Below, piece by piece: positions 27,143 to 36,405 of a stretch of DNA of 64,000 nucleotides (positions are counted from its first letter, which is position 1; the number at the start of each line of letters is the position of its first letter). The stretch lies in the NCBI GenBank assembly GCA_902607115.1, contig CACLIZ010000004.1, positions 5,127 to 69,126 on the forward strand. The letters run 5' to 3'. The notes below the pieces were generated by a model, which was given only the letters and a program-made list of their open reading frames with translations, did not search any database and was not told where the DNA came from. The translations under genes and the position numbers were made by a program. The stretch comes from an uncultured Pelagibacteraceae bacterium. Its GTDB lineage: Bacteria; Pseudomonadota; Alphaproteobacteria; Pelagibacterales; Pelagibacteraceae.

Positions 27143-28149
27143 AATCTGAGTCCTTTGAAAATACCCGAAGGTCTAAAAAGTAATACAATTACCAAAATAG
27201 AAAATGATACTGCAAATTTGTAATCTGTTGACAACAATTGCATGAGGGAATTTGGCTCAAGACTTTCGGGTAATATATAAGTAAAAAACTTTTTATACGC
27301 ATATGTTATAAATATTTCACCAAATGCTACTACATAACCGCCTAAAAACGCTCCAAATGGATTTCCTATTCCTCCAACTATTGCAGCAGCAAAAATGGGT
27401 AGCATATTATTAAAATATACAAATGGTTTATAACTTTTATCTAAACCGTATAAAACGCCTCCAATAGTTGCCAATACTCCTGCGATTACCCAAGTCATTA
27501 GTACAACTTTTTTAGGATCTATACCTGACAATAAAGCAAGGTCTTCATTATCAGAATAAGCACGCATACTTGTTCCAGTTTTAGTTTTATTCAAAAACCA
27601 AAACATTATTGAAACAACAATAATAGTAACAATTATTGTAATTGCTTGAGTTGATTTAATTGTTAAACCTTCGTTTAATCCTGTCATTTCTTTAAATTCT
27701 GTAGCTTTTAAAATAAATTTTTCACCATCAAGAAACCTTCTGTCAAAAGGTCCTATTATTATTCTTATTATCGCTTGAGTTACAAACATTACTCCTACGC
27801 TAACCATTGCAAGCACAACAGGTGGGCTTTTTTTAATTCTATAATAACTAAAAACAAGTTTATCTATTGTAAGCATGTATAAAATCATCATAATTATAGC
27901 AAAAGGGATTGTTAGCAATGCTGTAGGCAACACTCCTAAATTTATTCCTAAAGATTGAAAGTAAAATGTTAGTAACACTGCAAACATAGTTCCAAAAGAC
28001 ATCATGTCTCCAGTTGCAAAATTAGCAAATCTTAAAACTCCATAAATTAATGTTACAAAGATTGCTCCGAGAGCGAGTTGTGAACCATAACTAAGTGCAG
28101 GAATAATTGTATAATTTAATATTAAAATAATTGCGTTCAGAAAATCCAT
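27139..28149 (-). CDS. livH: Liv ABC permease (LivH-like)
   Basis: TLIYGVLRFANFA.G, MRAYSDN..LA.LSGI and AAIVGGIGN. Confidence 0.9.
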   Translation of the reverse strand: MDFLNAIILILNYTIIPALSYGSQLALGAIFVTLIYGVLRFANFATGDMMSFGTMFAVLLTFYFQSLGINLGVLPTALLTIPFAIIMMILYMLTIDKLVFSYYRIKKSPPVVLAMVSVGVMFVTQAIIRIIIGPFDRRFLDGEKFILKATEFKEMTGLNEGLTIKSTQAITIIVTIIVVSIMFWFLNKTKTGTSMRAYSDNEDLALLSGIDPKKVVLMTWVIAGVLATIGGVLYGLDKSYKPFVYFNNMLPIFAAAIVGGIGNPFGAFLGGYVVAFGEIFITYAYKKFFTYILPESLEPNSLMQLLSTDYKFAVSFSILVIVLLFRPSGIFKGLRL

Positions 28150-28150
28150 T

Positions 28151-28858
28151 TTAAGCTCCTAAAAATGACCTTCTTACTTCTGGATCTTGAAGTAGTTCTT
28201 TTCCTGATCCTTCAAATTTATTCTCACCTGTAACTAAAACATAACCTCTATCAGAAATGCTTAGTGCTTGTTTTGCGTTTTGTTCTACCATTATAATTGC
28301 TACATTAGTGTTTTTTACTTTAATTATATGTTGAAATAGCTCATCCATTACTATTGGTGAAACTCCAGCAGTTGGTTCGTCTAACATTAAAACTGATGGT
28401 TTAATCATTAAGGCCCTTCCCAAAGCTACTTGTTGTCTCTGACCTCCAGATAATTCTCCAACTATTTGAGATCTTTTTTCTTTTAAGACAGGAAATAATT
28501 CATAAATTTCCTCAATAACTTTATTAACATCATCATCTCTTAAAAATGCTCCTATTTCTAAATTTTCCCTCACTGTTAAATCTGCAAATACATTTCTAGT
28601 TTGAGGGACAAAAGATATGCCTTGCTTAACTCTATCTTGTGGTGACAATTTTGATATATCCTTTCCATCAATTAATATTGATCCATTTTTTAATTTTAAT
28701 AATCCAAGCATCGCTTTCATGGCCGTAGATTTGCCTGCTCCGTTTGGTCCTAAAATTGCAACGATTTCACCTCTGTTAACATTTATAGAACAAGAGTTAA
28801 TAATATCTGGTCCGTTTCCATAGCCTGCCGTCATTTTATGTCCCTCAAAAAAAGCCAT
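28151..28858 (-). CDS. livF: Liv ABC ATPase (LivF-like)
   Basis: GPNGAGKST, LSGGQRQ, LDEPT and VEQNA. Confidence 0.92.
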   Translation of the reverse strand: MAFFEGHKMTAGYGNGPDIINSCSINVNRGEIVAILGPNGAGKSTAMKAMLGLLKLKNGSILIDGKDISKLSPQDRVKQGISFVPQTRNVFADLTVRENLEIGAFLRDDDVNKVIEEIYELFPVLKEKRSQIVGELSGGQRQQVALGRALMIKPSVLMLDEPTAGVSPIVMDELFQHIIKVKNTNVAIIMVEQNAKQALSISDRGYVLVTGENKFEGSGKELLQDPEVRRSFLGA

Positions 28859-29655
28859 TAATTACTTTCTCCATAAGATTTGTTTGCTTTTCCCAAATAA
28901 CTTTCAATTACTTTTTCATTTTTTTTGACTTCATTTGGAGTTCCTTCAAACAAAATGGAACCCTCTGACATTACAATTACAGGATTACACATTCTGCTTA
29001 TAAAATCCATATCATGTTCAATCATACAAAAAGTATAGCCTTTCTCTTTGTTCAATCTTAAAATTGCTGTTCCCAAATCCTTTAATAGAGTTCTATTTAC
29101 TCCAGCTCCAACTTCATCTAATAAAACTAGTTTTGCATCCACCATCATTGTTCTGCCAAGTTCAAGAAGCTTTTTTTGACCACCAGATAAATTTCCAGCT
29201 ATCTCATTTGCAAGATGTTTAAGGTTTAAAAAGTCAATAACTTCATAGGCTTTTTTTCTTATTAGGTCTTCTTCTTTCTTTATTAATGAAGGTTTCAAAA
29301 AAGCATTGATAAGGTTTTCACCAGATTGATTTCCGGGGACCATCATTAAATTTTCCAAAACAGTTAAATTTGTAAATTCATGCGCTATTTGAAATGTTCT
29401 TAATATTCCTTTTGAAAATAATTCATAAGAAGGTATTTTAGTAATATCTTCATCATGAAATATAACTTTACCAGAATTTGATTTTAAATTTCCAGCAATT
29501 AAATTAAACAAAGTAGATTTACCGGAACCATTGGGACCAATAATTCCTGTTATGGATCCTTTTTTTATATTTAAAGAACAATTTGAGACTGCCGCAATTC
29601 CTCCAAAATATTTTGTCAATCTTTCAACTTTTAAAATATCAGGATTCAAATTCAT
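28858..29655 (-). CDS. livG: Liv ABC ATPase (LivG-like)
   Basis: GPNGSGKSTLFN, RTFQ, LSGGQKKLLE, IEHDM and C-terminal V..SYLG. Confidence 0.92.
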   Translation of the reverse strand: MNLNPDILKVERLTKYFGGIAAVSNCSLNIKKGSITGIIGPNGSGKSTLFNLIAGNLKSNSGKVIFHDEDITKIPSYELFSKGILRTFQIAHEFTNLTVLENLMMVPGNQSGENLINAFLKPSLIKKEEDLIRKKAYEVIDFLNLKHLANEIAGNLSGGQKKLLELGRTMMVDAKLVLLDEVGAGVNRTLLKDLGTAILRLNKEKGYTFCMIEHDMDFISRMCNPVIVMSEGSILFEGTPNEVKKNEKVIESYLGKANKSYGESN

Positions 29656-29658
29656 TTA

Positions 29659-30429
29659 TTATTTTCCCATTAATCTTTTAAGAATTTTATTTGATGAGAT
29701 ATTTAAGTTTTTATAAAAATTTAATTTCTTTAATTCTTTTAATGCTTGTTCATTTAAACCTTTTGGTGTTTGAGATTTTTTTACTAATTCTTGTAAATTT
29801 TTATAACTATTTTGACTTGCATTTTCGGATAATCCTAAAAATAAAGAGGTAATATATTCTTCAGCTTTATTTTTATTTAACCCTTTTTTTATTAACCATG
29901 AAGATAAATAACTCAGCATTTCATAATACGGTGCCATCATTGATGACATAGTCCAAAAATTTAAGGACAACTTTTCATTATTAATTTCAATAGTTTTTCC
30001 AATTTTATCAAAAAAAAGTTTTACCTTTTTATTTGGTGGATAAATTGGAATAGGGCCAACACCTAGTGAAATTGGAGGCAAAGGAATTGCACGAACTATT
30101 TTGCAATTACAATTAATATAATTTTTTAAATCTTTTAATTTTATTGTTGAAATAAAACTTACTACAATTTGTGATTTTTTAAATTTTAGATTTTTAATAA
30201 TTTTTCTTCCTACTTCAGGTGTTATCGCAAGAAAAATTAGTTTCGACTTATTTATAATCTTTTGATTATCATTTAATACTGTAATTTTTTTATTCTTTTT
30301 TTTAAGAAAATCAGAAATCTTATTATTCCTTTTGGATATAAATATTTTATTAAATTTAATTTTTGAACTTAATACCCCAAGTATAACAGATTTTGTTATT
30401 TCTCCAGTTCCAATAAACCCTAAATGCAT
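29659..30429 (-). CDS. Pyrroline-5-carboxylate reductase-like NAD(P)-binding protein (divergent ProC family)
   Basis: N-terminal GFIGTG, VRAIPLPP and QTPKGLNEQ, which are variants of ProC VRxMPN and SPGGTT. Confidence 0.7.
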   Translation of the reverse strand: MHLGFIGTGEITKSVILGVLSSKIKFNKIFISKRNNKISDFLKKKNKKITVLNDNQKIINKSKLIFLAITPEVGRKIIKNLKFKKSQIVVSFISTIKLKDLKNYINCNCKIVRAIPLPPISLGVGPIPIYPPNKKVKLFFDKIGKTIEINNEKLSLNFWTMSSMMAPYYEMLSYLSSWLIKKGLNKNKAEEYITSLFLGLSENASQNSYKNLQELVKKSQTPKGLNEQALKELKKLNFYKNLNISSNKILKRLMGK

Positions 30430-30452
30430 GAACTAAATATAAACTATTTAAC

Positions 30453-30483
30453 AAAAAAAAACCCCCATTAAGGGGGTTTTTTT
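30453..30483. terminator. Intrinsic terminator, symmetric A/T tracts, downstream of the OMP gene
   Basis: A9-CCCCC-ATTAA-GGGGG-T7. Confidence 0.82.
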
Positions 30484-30503
30484 ATAAAGTTTTTAAAAAC
30501 TTG

Positions 30504-31148
30504 TTAGAATGCTTTACCGATAGAAAGTCTAGCAGCAGCACCTTGTAAAGATGACAACGTAATTTTGTTCTCGGAATTATTAGTTGCAGTTAGAGATGTG
30601 CTCCCTAAATCCATATAAGTTCCTTCTACTCTTACAAAAATTCCATTATCTAAGTCTTTATTGTAACCAATACCTACTAAATGACCATCCATGTCAGTAT
30701 CGTTATATGTTGATCCAGTTCCTAAACTTTCGTTAGTCACAACGTCAACTGCTATAATTCCACCTTTGATATACATACCATCTGTAACATTTACCATAAC
30801 ATAAGCAGAAGTTAAGTTTTCGAAGTCAACTTGAACTTTGTTAGTAGTAGCCGTCGGAGTGTTATCGCTATCATCGTAAATTACAGTTTCCGTAGTTTCA
30901 GACGCTAACGCTGATGGAACATAATTAATACCGACTGCAATCATATCATTCACTTGAATTTCAGCAAATACAGAAGTATAACCTGCAACACCTGTTGCAT
31001 CTTCATGAGATAATTCTCCATTCTCATTTTCCTGTCCTTCTGCATGAAACACAGCTGTCGAGCCTGATACCCCAACATTTAAACCCACTGCTGAAGCTTG
31101 GCCAAAAAAGAACATACTAGTTATCAGAAAAATAATTATTTTTTTCAT
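30504..31148 (-). CDS. Small outer-membrane beta-barrel protein
   Basis: Signal peptide, alternating amphipathic strands and a C-terminal Phe signature (ARLSIGKAF). Confidence 0.75.
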   Translation of the reverse strand: MKKIIIFLITSMFFFGQASAVGLNVGVSGSTAVFHAEGQENENGELSHEDATGVAGYTSVFAEIQVNDMIAVGINYVPSALASETTETVIYDDSDNTPTATTNKVQVDFENLTSAYVMVNVTDGMYIKGGIIAVDVVTNESLGTGSTYNDTDMDGHLVGIGYNKDLDNGIFVRVEGTYMDLGSTSLTATNNSENKITLSSLQGAAARLSIGKAF

Positions 31149-31358
31149 TTTAATCCTTTTATATTTTGTTAATTAACAGCAATTTTTTATCAAAAATTAG
31201 CCCAATAATTAAACACTTTTTTAAGTTAAGACCATTAATTTTTGATATGTTGCCAAAATACAACGTTATTAAATAGCATTTTATACACCTTTATTATCTT
31301 AGTTTTTCTAGATTTTTTATCTTTTAAAATATGCCCAATTATCAATTATGGGTTGATT

Positions 31359-31865
31359 TTAATTTTTGCATTTTCCAATCGATTCCATTCCGCAAGTCTG
31401 ACCGTTAGTCCAAATAGAATTATTTAAATTGGCTCCCTCAAAATTTGCACCTGTAATATTGGCCGATGTAAAGTCTGCCTCAATAAGGTTTGAATTTTGA
31501 AAATTTACTCCAACTAAAGTTGAACCTTGAAAATTAACTCTTGTTAGATTTGCGCTAGTAAAATTGGATTTTTCGAAATTTGCACCTTGTAGATTGGACT
31601 CATACAAATTTGCTCTTACAAAAGATGATTCTGAAAAAGTTCCAAAAGCTAAAATTGAATTCATCATAATGCTTTTATCTAAATTAACTTGGATAAAACT
31701 TGAAAATGATAAGTTTGCATTTGGTAAATAGCTTCCTGATAAATCTTGCCCATCTGAAAATCTGCAATTTGTATAGTCTACACTATCTCCTATTGGATCG
31801 TCACACCCAGCATATGCATTAAATGAAAAAATTGCAATTATAAATATGAAAAATATTTTTTTCAT
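31359..31865 (-). CDS. Secreted pentapeptide-repeat protein
   Basis: Signal peptide MKKIFFIFIIAIFSFNAYA, tandem A(N/D)(L/F)xx repeats and Cys near both termini. Start moved to 31865 (TAATG overlap with the azlD stop). Confidence 0.88.
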   Translation of the reverse strand: MKKIFFIFIIAIFSFNAYAGCDDPIGDSVDYTNCRFSDGQDLSGSYLPNANLSFSSFIQVNLDKSIMMNSILAFGTFSESSFVRANLYESNLQGANFEKSNFTSANLTRVNFQGSTLVGVNFQNSNLIEADFTSANITGANFEGANLNNSIWTNGQTCGMESIGKCKN

Positions 31866-32188
31866 TAAGTTAAAGTATTTATTATACATAATATGATAGC
31901 AGAAAATATTGTTGGATAAACCAAATTTTTTTTTGTTAAATAAAAAATCAATATTGAGGTAAAAATAACAATTAATCTTATAAAATAGCTAGTTTCCTCA
32001 AGTATTCCATTTGGAAATATAAGTACCCTTGATATTAACGCTGATAGTGTTGAGTATGCTAAACAATTAAACCATCTGTATATTTTTGAATTTTCATCTA
32101 TCTTTTCAGAAGTTAGAACACCAAAAAATCTCGAAGAGTAAGTCGCTAACGAAGTTACAATAATTGCAAATAAAATATTAACTGACAT
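31865..32188 (-). CDS. azlD: AzlD family small exporter subunit
   Basis: 107 aa membrane protein with a TY.SR motif, overlapping azlC. Confidence 0.75.
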   Translation of the reverse strand: MSVNILFAIIVTSLATYSSRFFGVLTSEKIDENSKIYRWFNCLAYSTLSALISRVLIFPNGILEETSYFIRLIVIFTSILIFYLTKKNLVYPTIFSAIILCIINTLT

Positions 32189-32885
32189 TCTTTTCTCCTA
32201 TTAGAAAAGCTATTGTTCCTGCTAAAACTCCACCAAATAAAATACACCATTCTGGAGAAAGATAATAAAAACAAGGTCCAAAGATAGCTCCTAAAATAAT
32301 TGCAATTGATATACTTTTTGTTTTCATGACTCCAATCATAGCGCACATAAAATATACAGGATTAACAATTGCTAAACCTATCATCATATCTTTGTTTAAA
32401 TAATCGGCAGAAAAATATCCTAGCATTGTAGAAAAGATTCCTATCAACCAAGTTGACGTCCCAACCCCAATCCAAAAATCAATTCTATGTTCTTTTTCAA
32501 TTTTTTCATAATTACTTTTCATTATTAACCAAGATGAAACTGCAACAAAATGGCATGATAAATAATATTTCCATCTCGGTTGGTTTTTGTTCATCACTAA
32601 AGGCATTAAAGAAACTGTCATTGGATATAATCTTGCATTAACTAACCATACAGCTAAAAAGATATTTAAAAGAGAAGCGCCTATTAACATTGACTCTGCC
32701 ATTACTAAAGAGCCTGGTAATGCATAAGTTAAAAATGTTGAAAAAATACTTTCTTGGATTGTAAAACCTAAATTTTTTAGTAATGCACCTATAGCAATAA
32801 AACTTGCACCTAAAGCGATCGCTGGACTATCAAATCTTTTTACTGATAATAAACCTTTTAAGAATATTCTAGAATTGATCATCAA
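32178..32885 (-). CDS. azlC: AzlC family exporter permease
   Basis: TYALPGS and LVNARLYPM motifs; AzlC topology. Confidence 0.82.
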   Translation of the reverse strand: MMINSRIFLKGLLSVKRFDSPAIALGASFIAIGALLKNLGFTIQESIFSTFLTYALPGSLVMAESMLIGASLLNIFLAVWLVNARLYPMTVSLMPLVMNKNQPRWKYYLSCHFVAVSSWLIMKSNYEKIEKEHRIDFWIGVGTSTWLIGIFSTMLGYFSADYLNKDMMIGLAIVNPVYFMCAMIGVMKTKSISIAIILGAIFGPCFYYLSPEWCILFGGVLAGTIAFLIGEKNVS

Positions 32886-33667
32886 CCACCGAGGAAAAGC
32901 CTGCCTACATCAGGATTTTTAAGTAACTCATTTCCTGAACCTGCTATAGCAGTTTGTCCAGAGACAAGAACATAACCTATGTCTGCAAACTCCAATCCCT
33001 TTTTGGCATTTTGTTCTACCATAATAATTGTTTTTTTCTCGTTTTGTTGAAGATCTCTTAATATGTCAAAAACCATATCTATATATCTTGGCTCTAGCCC
33101 AATTGATGGTTCATCAACTAATAAAACAGAAGGTTTCATAACTAATGCTCTTGATATTTCTAAAAGTCTTCTTTCTCCTCCAGACAAAACTTTGGCAGGC
33201 TGATTTCTTCTGTTTCTAAGTCTTTCATATTTTTGAAGAACTTTCTCAGCTTCTTCAAAAGACTCTTCTGTTTTGTCTTTAATAAAACCACCCATAAGTA
33301 AGTTTTCTTCTACAGTCATATCTGGGAATACTGAGTTATCTTGCAAAATGTAAGCTATTCCAACAGATTTTAATTTTTCTGCTGGTGTTAAATTTGTTAT
33401 TTCTTTTCCATCAATTTGTATTTGACCTGAAAAAATATTTGTAAAACCATATATAGAATGAAGTATAGTAGATTTTCCAGCGCCATTTGGTCCGATTAAG
33501 CATAATGATTGAGCCTTGCTTACAAATAAATCTAGATTATGTAAAATTTCCATTTTTCCATATCCTGCAGATAAATTTTTAATTGTTAAATGTACATTAT
33601 TTGGAGATAATTTTTTTAAATCTTCTGCTTTTGGAGCTGCACCAAGAACTTCATATTGATTAGGCAT
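32882..33667 (-). CDS. livF: Liv ABC ATPase (second LivF-like)
   Basis: GPNGAGKST, LSGGERR, VDEPSIGL and VEQNA. Confidence 0.9.
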   Translation of the reverse strand: MPNQYEVLGAAPKAEDLKKLSPNNVHLTIKNLSAGYGKMEILHNLDLFVSKAQSLCLIGPNGAGKSTILHSIYGFTNIFSGQIQIDGKEITNLTPAEKLKSVGIAYILQDNSVFPDMTVEENLLMGGFIKDKTEESFEEAEKVLQKYERLRNRRNQPAKVLSGGERRLLEISRALVMKPSVLLVDEPSIGLEPRYIDMVFDILRDLQQNEKKTIIMVEQNAKKGLEFADIGYVLVSGQTAIAGSGNELLKNPDVGRLFLGG

Positions 33668-34407
33668 TATTGTGCCCCCAAATATGCATCGATTACTCGC
33701 TTATCATTTTTAATCTCTTGTGGTGAGCCGTTTGCTAGCATTTTTCCATGAGCTAAGCAGAAAATGTTTTCTGCAAGTTGCATAATAACTCTCATATTAT
33801 GCTCAATAACCAAAAGTGTAATTCCAAAGTCTTGATTGACTTTAATTAATCTATCAATAATTCCATTGATCAACGTAGGATTAATTCCTGCAGTTGGTTC
33901 ATCTAATAAAAGCATTTCAGGTTCGTTCATTAATGCCATTGCAAGCTCTAATAACTTTTGTTGCCCAAATGATAAATCTCCAGCTCTTAATTTTCTTTTC
34001 TGATATAAGCCTACAAAATTTAAAAGATTTTCTGCTTTTTCATTTAAATCTTTTGGTATTTTTGAAAAAATCTTAAATAAACTTTCATCACTTCCTTTAT
34101 GGCTTATCAGCATATTATCTACACAATTTAATTTTCCATAAATTCTTGTTTGTTGAAAAGTTCTTAATAATCCAAGTTTAGCAACTACTGGGACAGGAAG
34201 TTCTGAAACTTCATTACCATTAAATTTTATAGATCCTTTATCAATTGGATATGTTCCAACTATAGAATTAAATAAGGTAGTCTTTCCAGATCCATTTGGA
34301 CCTATTAATCCTACAATCTTTCCTTTTTCTACAGACATTGAAATATCAACGTTAGCTTTCACTCCTCCAAAAGATTTGCTCACATTATTAACTTCTAAAA
34401 TGCTCAT
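33667..34407 (-). CDS. livG: Liv ABC ATPase (second LivG-like)
   Basis: GPNGSGKTTLFN, LSFGQQKLLE, IEHNM and VIDAYLG. Confidence 0.9.
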   Translation of the reverse strand: MSILEVNNVSKSFGGVKANVDISMSVEKGKIVGLIGPNGSGKTTLFNSIVGTYPIDKGSIKFNGNEVSELPVPVVAKLGLLRTFQQTRIYGKLNCVDNMLISHKGSDESLFKIFSKIPKDLNEKAENLLNFVGLYQKRKLRAGDLSFGQQKLLELAMALMNEPEMLLLDEPTAGINPTLINGIIDRLIKVNQDFGITLLVIEHNMRVIMQLAENIFCLAHGKMLANGSPQEIKNDKRVIDAYLGAQ

Positions 34408-35456
34408 TTTAATTCTACCTGCGCTTTTCGATCTGCCTCATCAACTACTTCCCCAAATCTCTCTGGATATTTTTCTCTTAACCAGCCCATTATCCCCTCT
34501 GGGAAATAAATAACAATTACTACAATTAAAACACCAAGTGCAACATACTGCCAACCAAGAAAGAAAGTCCAAAATCCTTCTTTAAAAATATGAAATATAG
34601 TTGCTCCGATAACTGGTCCCCATAAAGTTCCTTTGCCACCTAATATTGCCATTAAAACCATAAATACTCCCATTTCTCTTCCATCAAATGCAACATCAGT
34701 GGAATCTATGTATCCAACAAGACCTCCCATTATTCCTCCTGCTAGACCACAAAAAAATGCTGAAATCATCCAGCCAATAATTTTATATTTCATTGTTTGA
34801 ATTCCCATTGCTTCTGCTTTGTCTTCATTATCCCTTATTGCATTAAGGACTAATTTAAATCTAGTTGTGTAAATAGATTTGACTGCAATAAATGTGATTA
34901 CAAGTGTAACAAAACTACAAAAATAAAAAAATTCACCTCTTGCTTCTAAGCTGCCTATGTTTGGAAATGGTGGAGTTGTAAAACCTTGTCCCGCTCCAAT
35001 GATTTCTATTCCACCTGAAATTTCTCCAGCGGCAACTCCTAAACCTAATGTGCAAATTGCAAAATAATGACCTCTTAATCCAAGAATTGAATATCCTATT
35101 AACCCCGCAACTATTGTTGGTACAATTGCAGCAACAGCTAAACCTGCGGCAAAACCTTGAAAAAATTGAGCAGGAGTATGAACAAATGTTTTCTCTCCAC
35201 CGCTTTCTGTCCATTCAGCTAAAGGAAAAAACATTCCGACCTGAACAGATGCGCAAAGATACATGCCAAGTCCATAAAATAAAATATTACCAAAAGTATT
35301 ATATCCCATTTCTCCACCTTGTATATTCCAGGTGATTGCTAAAATTATTAAAACACAAAGTATTGATAATTGAACTTTGAATGCTGGAAAAATAAATGGG
35401 GCAGCTACTCCAAATATTAAAATTAATAAATAAATTATTAAATTTTTATTCATCAT
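34404..35456 (-). CDS. livM: Liv ABC permease (second LivM-like)
   Basis: LRGHYFAICTL, AIRDNEDKA and LGGKGTLWGP. Confidence 0.9.
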   Translation of the reverse strand: MMNKNLIIYLLILIFGVAAPFIFPAFKVQLSILCVLIILAITWNIQGGEMGYNTFGNILFYGLGMYLCASVQVGMFFPLAEWTESGGEKTFVHTPAQFFQGFAAGLAVAAIVPTIVAGLIGYSILGLRGHYFAICTLGLGVAAGEISGGIEIIGAGQGFTTPPFPNIGSLEARGEFFYFCSFVTLVITFIAVKSIYTTRFKLVLNAIRDNEDKAEAMGIQTMKYKIIGWMISAFFCGLAGGIMGGLVGYIDSTDVAFDGREMGVFMVLMAILGGKGTLWGPVIGATIFHIFKEGFWTFFLGWQYVALGVLIVVIVIYFPEGIMGWLREKYPERFGEVVDEADRKAQVELK

Positions 35457-36346
35457 TTTAAATACTCTCTTTTCTTTGATAATTTAAACCTTCTATAAAC
35501 AAGAATTAAGACCAGTAATAAAAATACTGAACCAATTCTAAATTCTGTTCCTAAAATATAGTCGGCAAATTCTTCAAATACACCTAGCCCCATGCCAGAT
35601 AATGCAACACCTGGTAGATTTCCCAAACCTGCAACGATCACAATCATGAATGATCTGATTGTATAAGGTAGGCCCATATAAGGATGAATTGTAAAAGTAA
35701 TTGAAATAAGTGCACCAGCCACTCCACATAAAGCTGCATTTATTCCAAAAGTTGCTGCATAAACTTTTTCAGTGTCGACACCTAAAATCTTTGCTGCTCT
35801 TGCATTCTGAGCTGTTGCTCTGATTGCACGTCCAAGTTTTGATTTCTTCATATAAAGAACCAAACCAATTGCGAAAATAATACTTATGATAGCTGCAAAA
35901 ATTTTTGAATTAGGTAAAGTTACAGAGTTATCAAATAACATAGTTGTTCCATAACCAGAATTTGCAAGAACAACATCTGCACCAAATGCAAAATTCATTA
36001 GTTGCATAAAAAGAATGCTAATCCCAAATGTTGCTAGAATTGATATAAATAAATCCCTATCAACAACTTTATTGATAACTAACTTGTAAATTCCAATACC
36101 TACAAAGTACATAATTATTGGAGAAACTATTACTCCCCATGCGGGATGGATTCCATACAGATACATGAAGTATGCAATATAACCACCAAGAATTACAAGA
36201 TCACCTTGTGCAATATTAATAATATTCATTACTCCCCATTGAAGAGCCATTCCGTAAGCAATTAAAGCGAATAAGATACCAAGAAGAATTCCATCCATTG
36301 ATGCTTGGACCATTAAAATTGGCGCTTGGAAAATTAGTAAGTCCAT
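35453..36346 (-). CDS. livH: Liv ABC permease (second LivH-like)
   Basis: WGVMNIINIAQG, GRAIRATAQN and AGLGNLPG. Confidence 0.9.
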   Translation of the reverse strand: MDLLIFQAPILMVQASMDGILLGILFALIAYGMALQWGVMNIINIAQGDLVILGGYIAYFMYLYGIHPAWGVIVSPIIMYFVGIGIYKLVINKVVDRDLFISILATFGISILFMQLMNFAFGADVVLANSGYGTTMLFDNSVTLPNSKIFAAIISIIFAIGLVLYMKKSKLGRAIRATAQNARAAKILGVDTEKVYAATFGINAALCGVAGALISITFTIHPYMGLPYTIRSFMIVIVAGLGNLPGVALSGMGLGVFEEFADYILGTEFRIGSVFLLLVLILVYRRFKLSKKREYLK

Positions 36347-36360
36347 AGAATTTTTTAATT

Positions 36361-36392
36361 AAAAAAAATGCCCCCTAAAATTCAGGGGGCAT
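36361..36392 (-). terminator. Intercistronic terminator between the SBP gene and livH
   Basis: On the - strand ATGCCCCCT-GAATTTT-AGGGGGCAT followed by a T run. Confidence 0.8.
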
Positions 36393-36405
36393 AAAATATT
36401 AGTTT

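Noticed and set aside
31242-31427. 61-aa + strand ORF partly in the intergenic region
   Set aside because: TTG start, no SD, and it overlaps the pentapeptide gene end; the region more likely holds the OMP promoter.
31420-31780. Repetitive-looking DNA (aaatttgcacc, aaatttgc)
   Set aside because: Explained by pentapeptide-repeat coding; no CRISPR-like repeat-spacer period.
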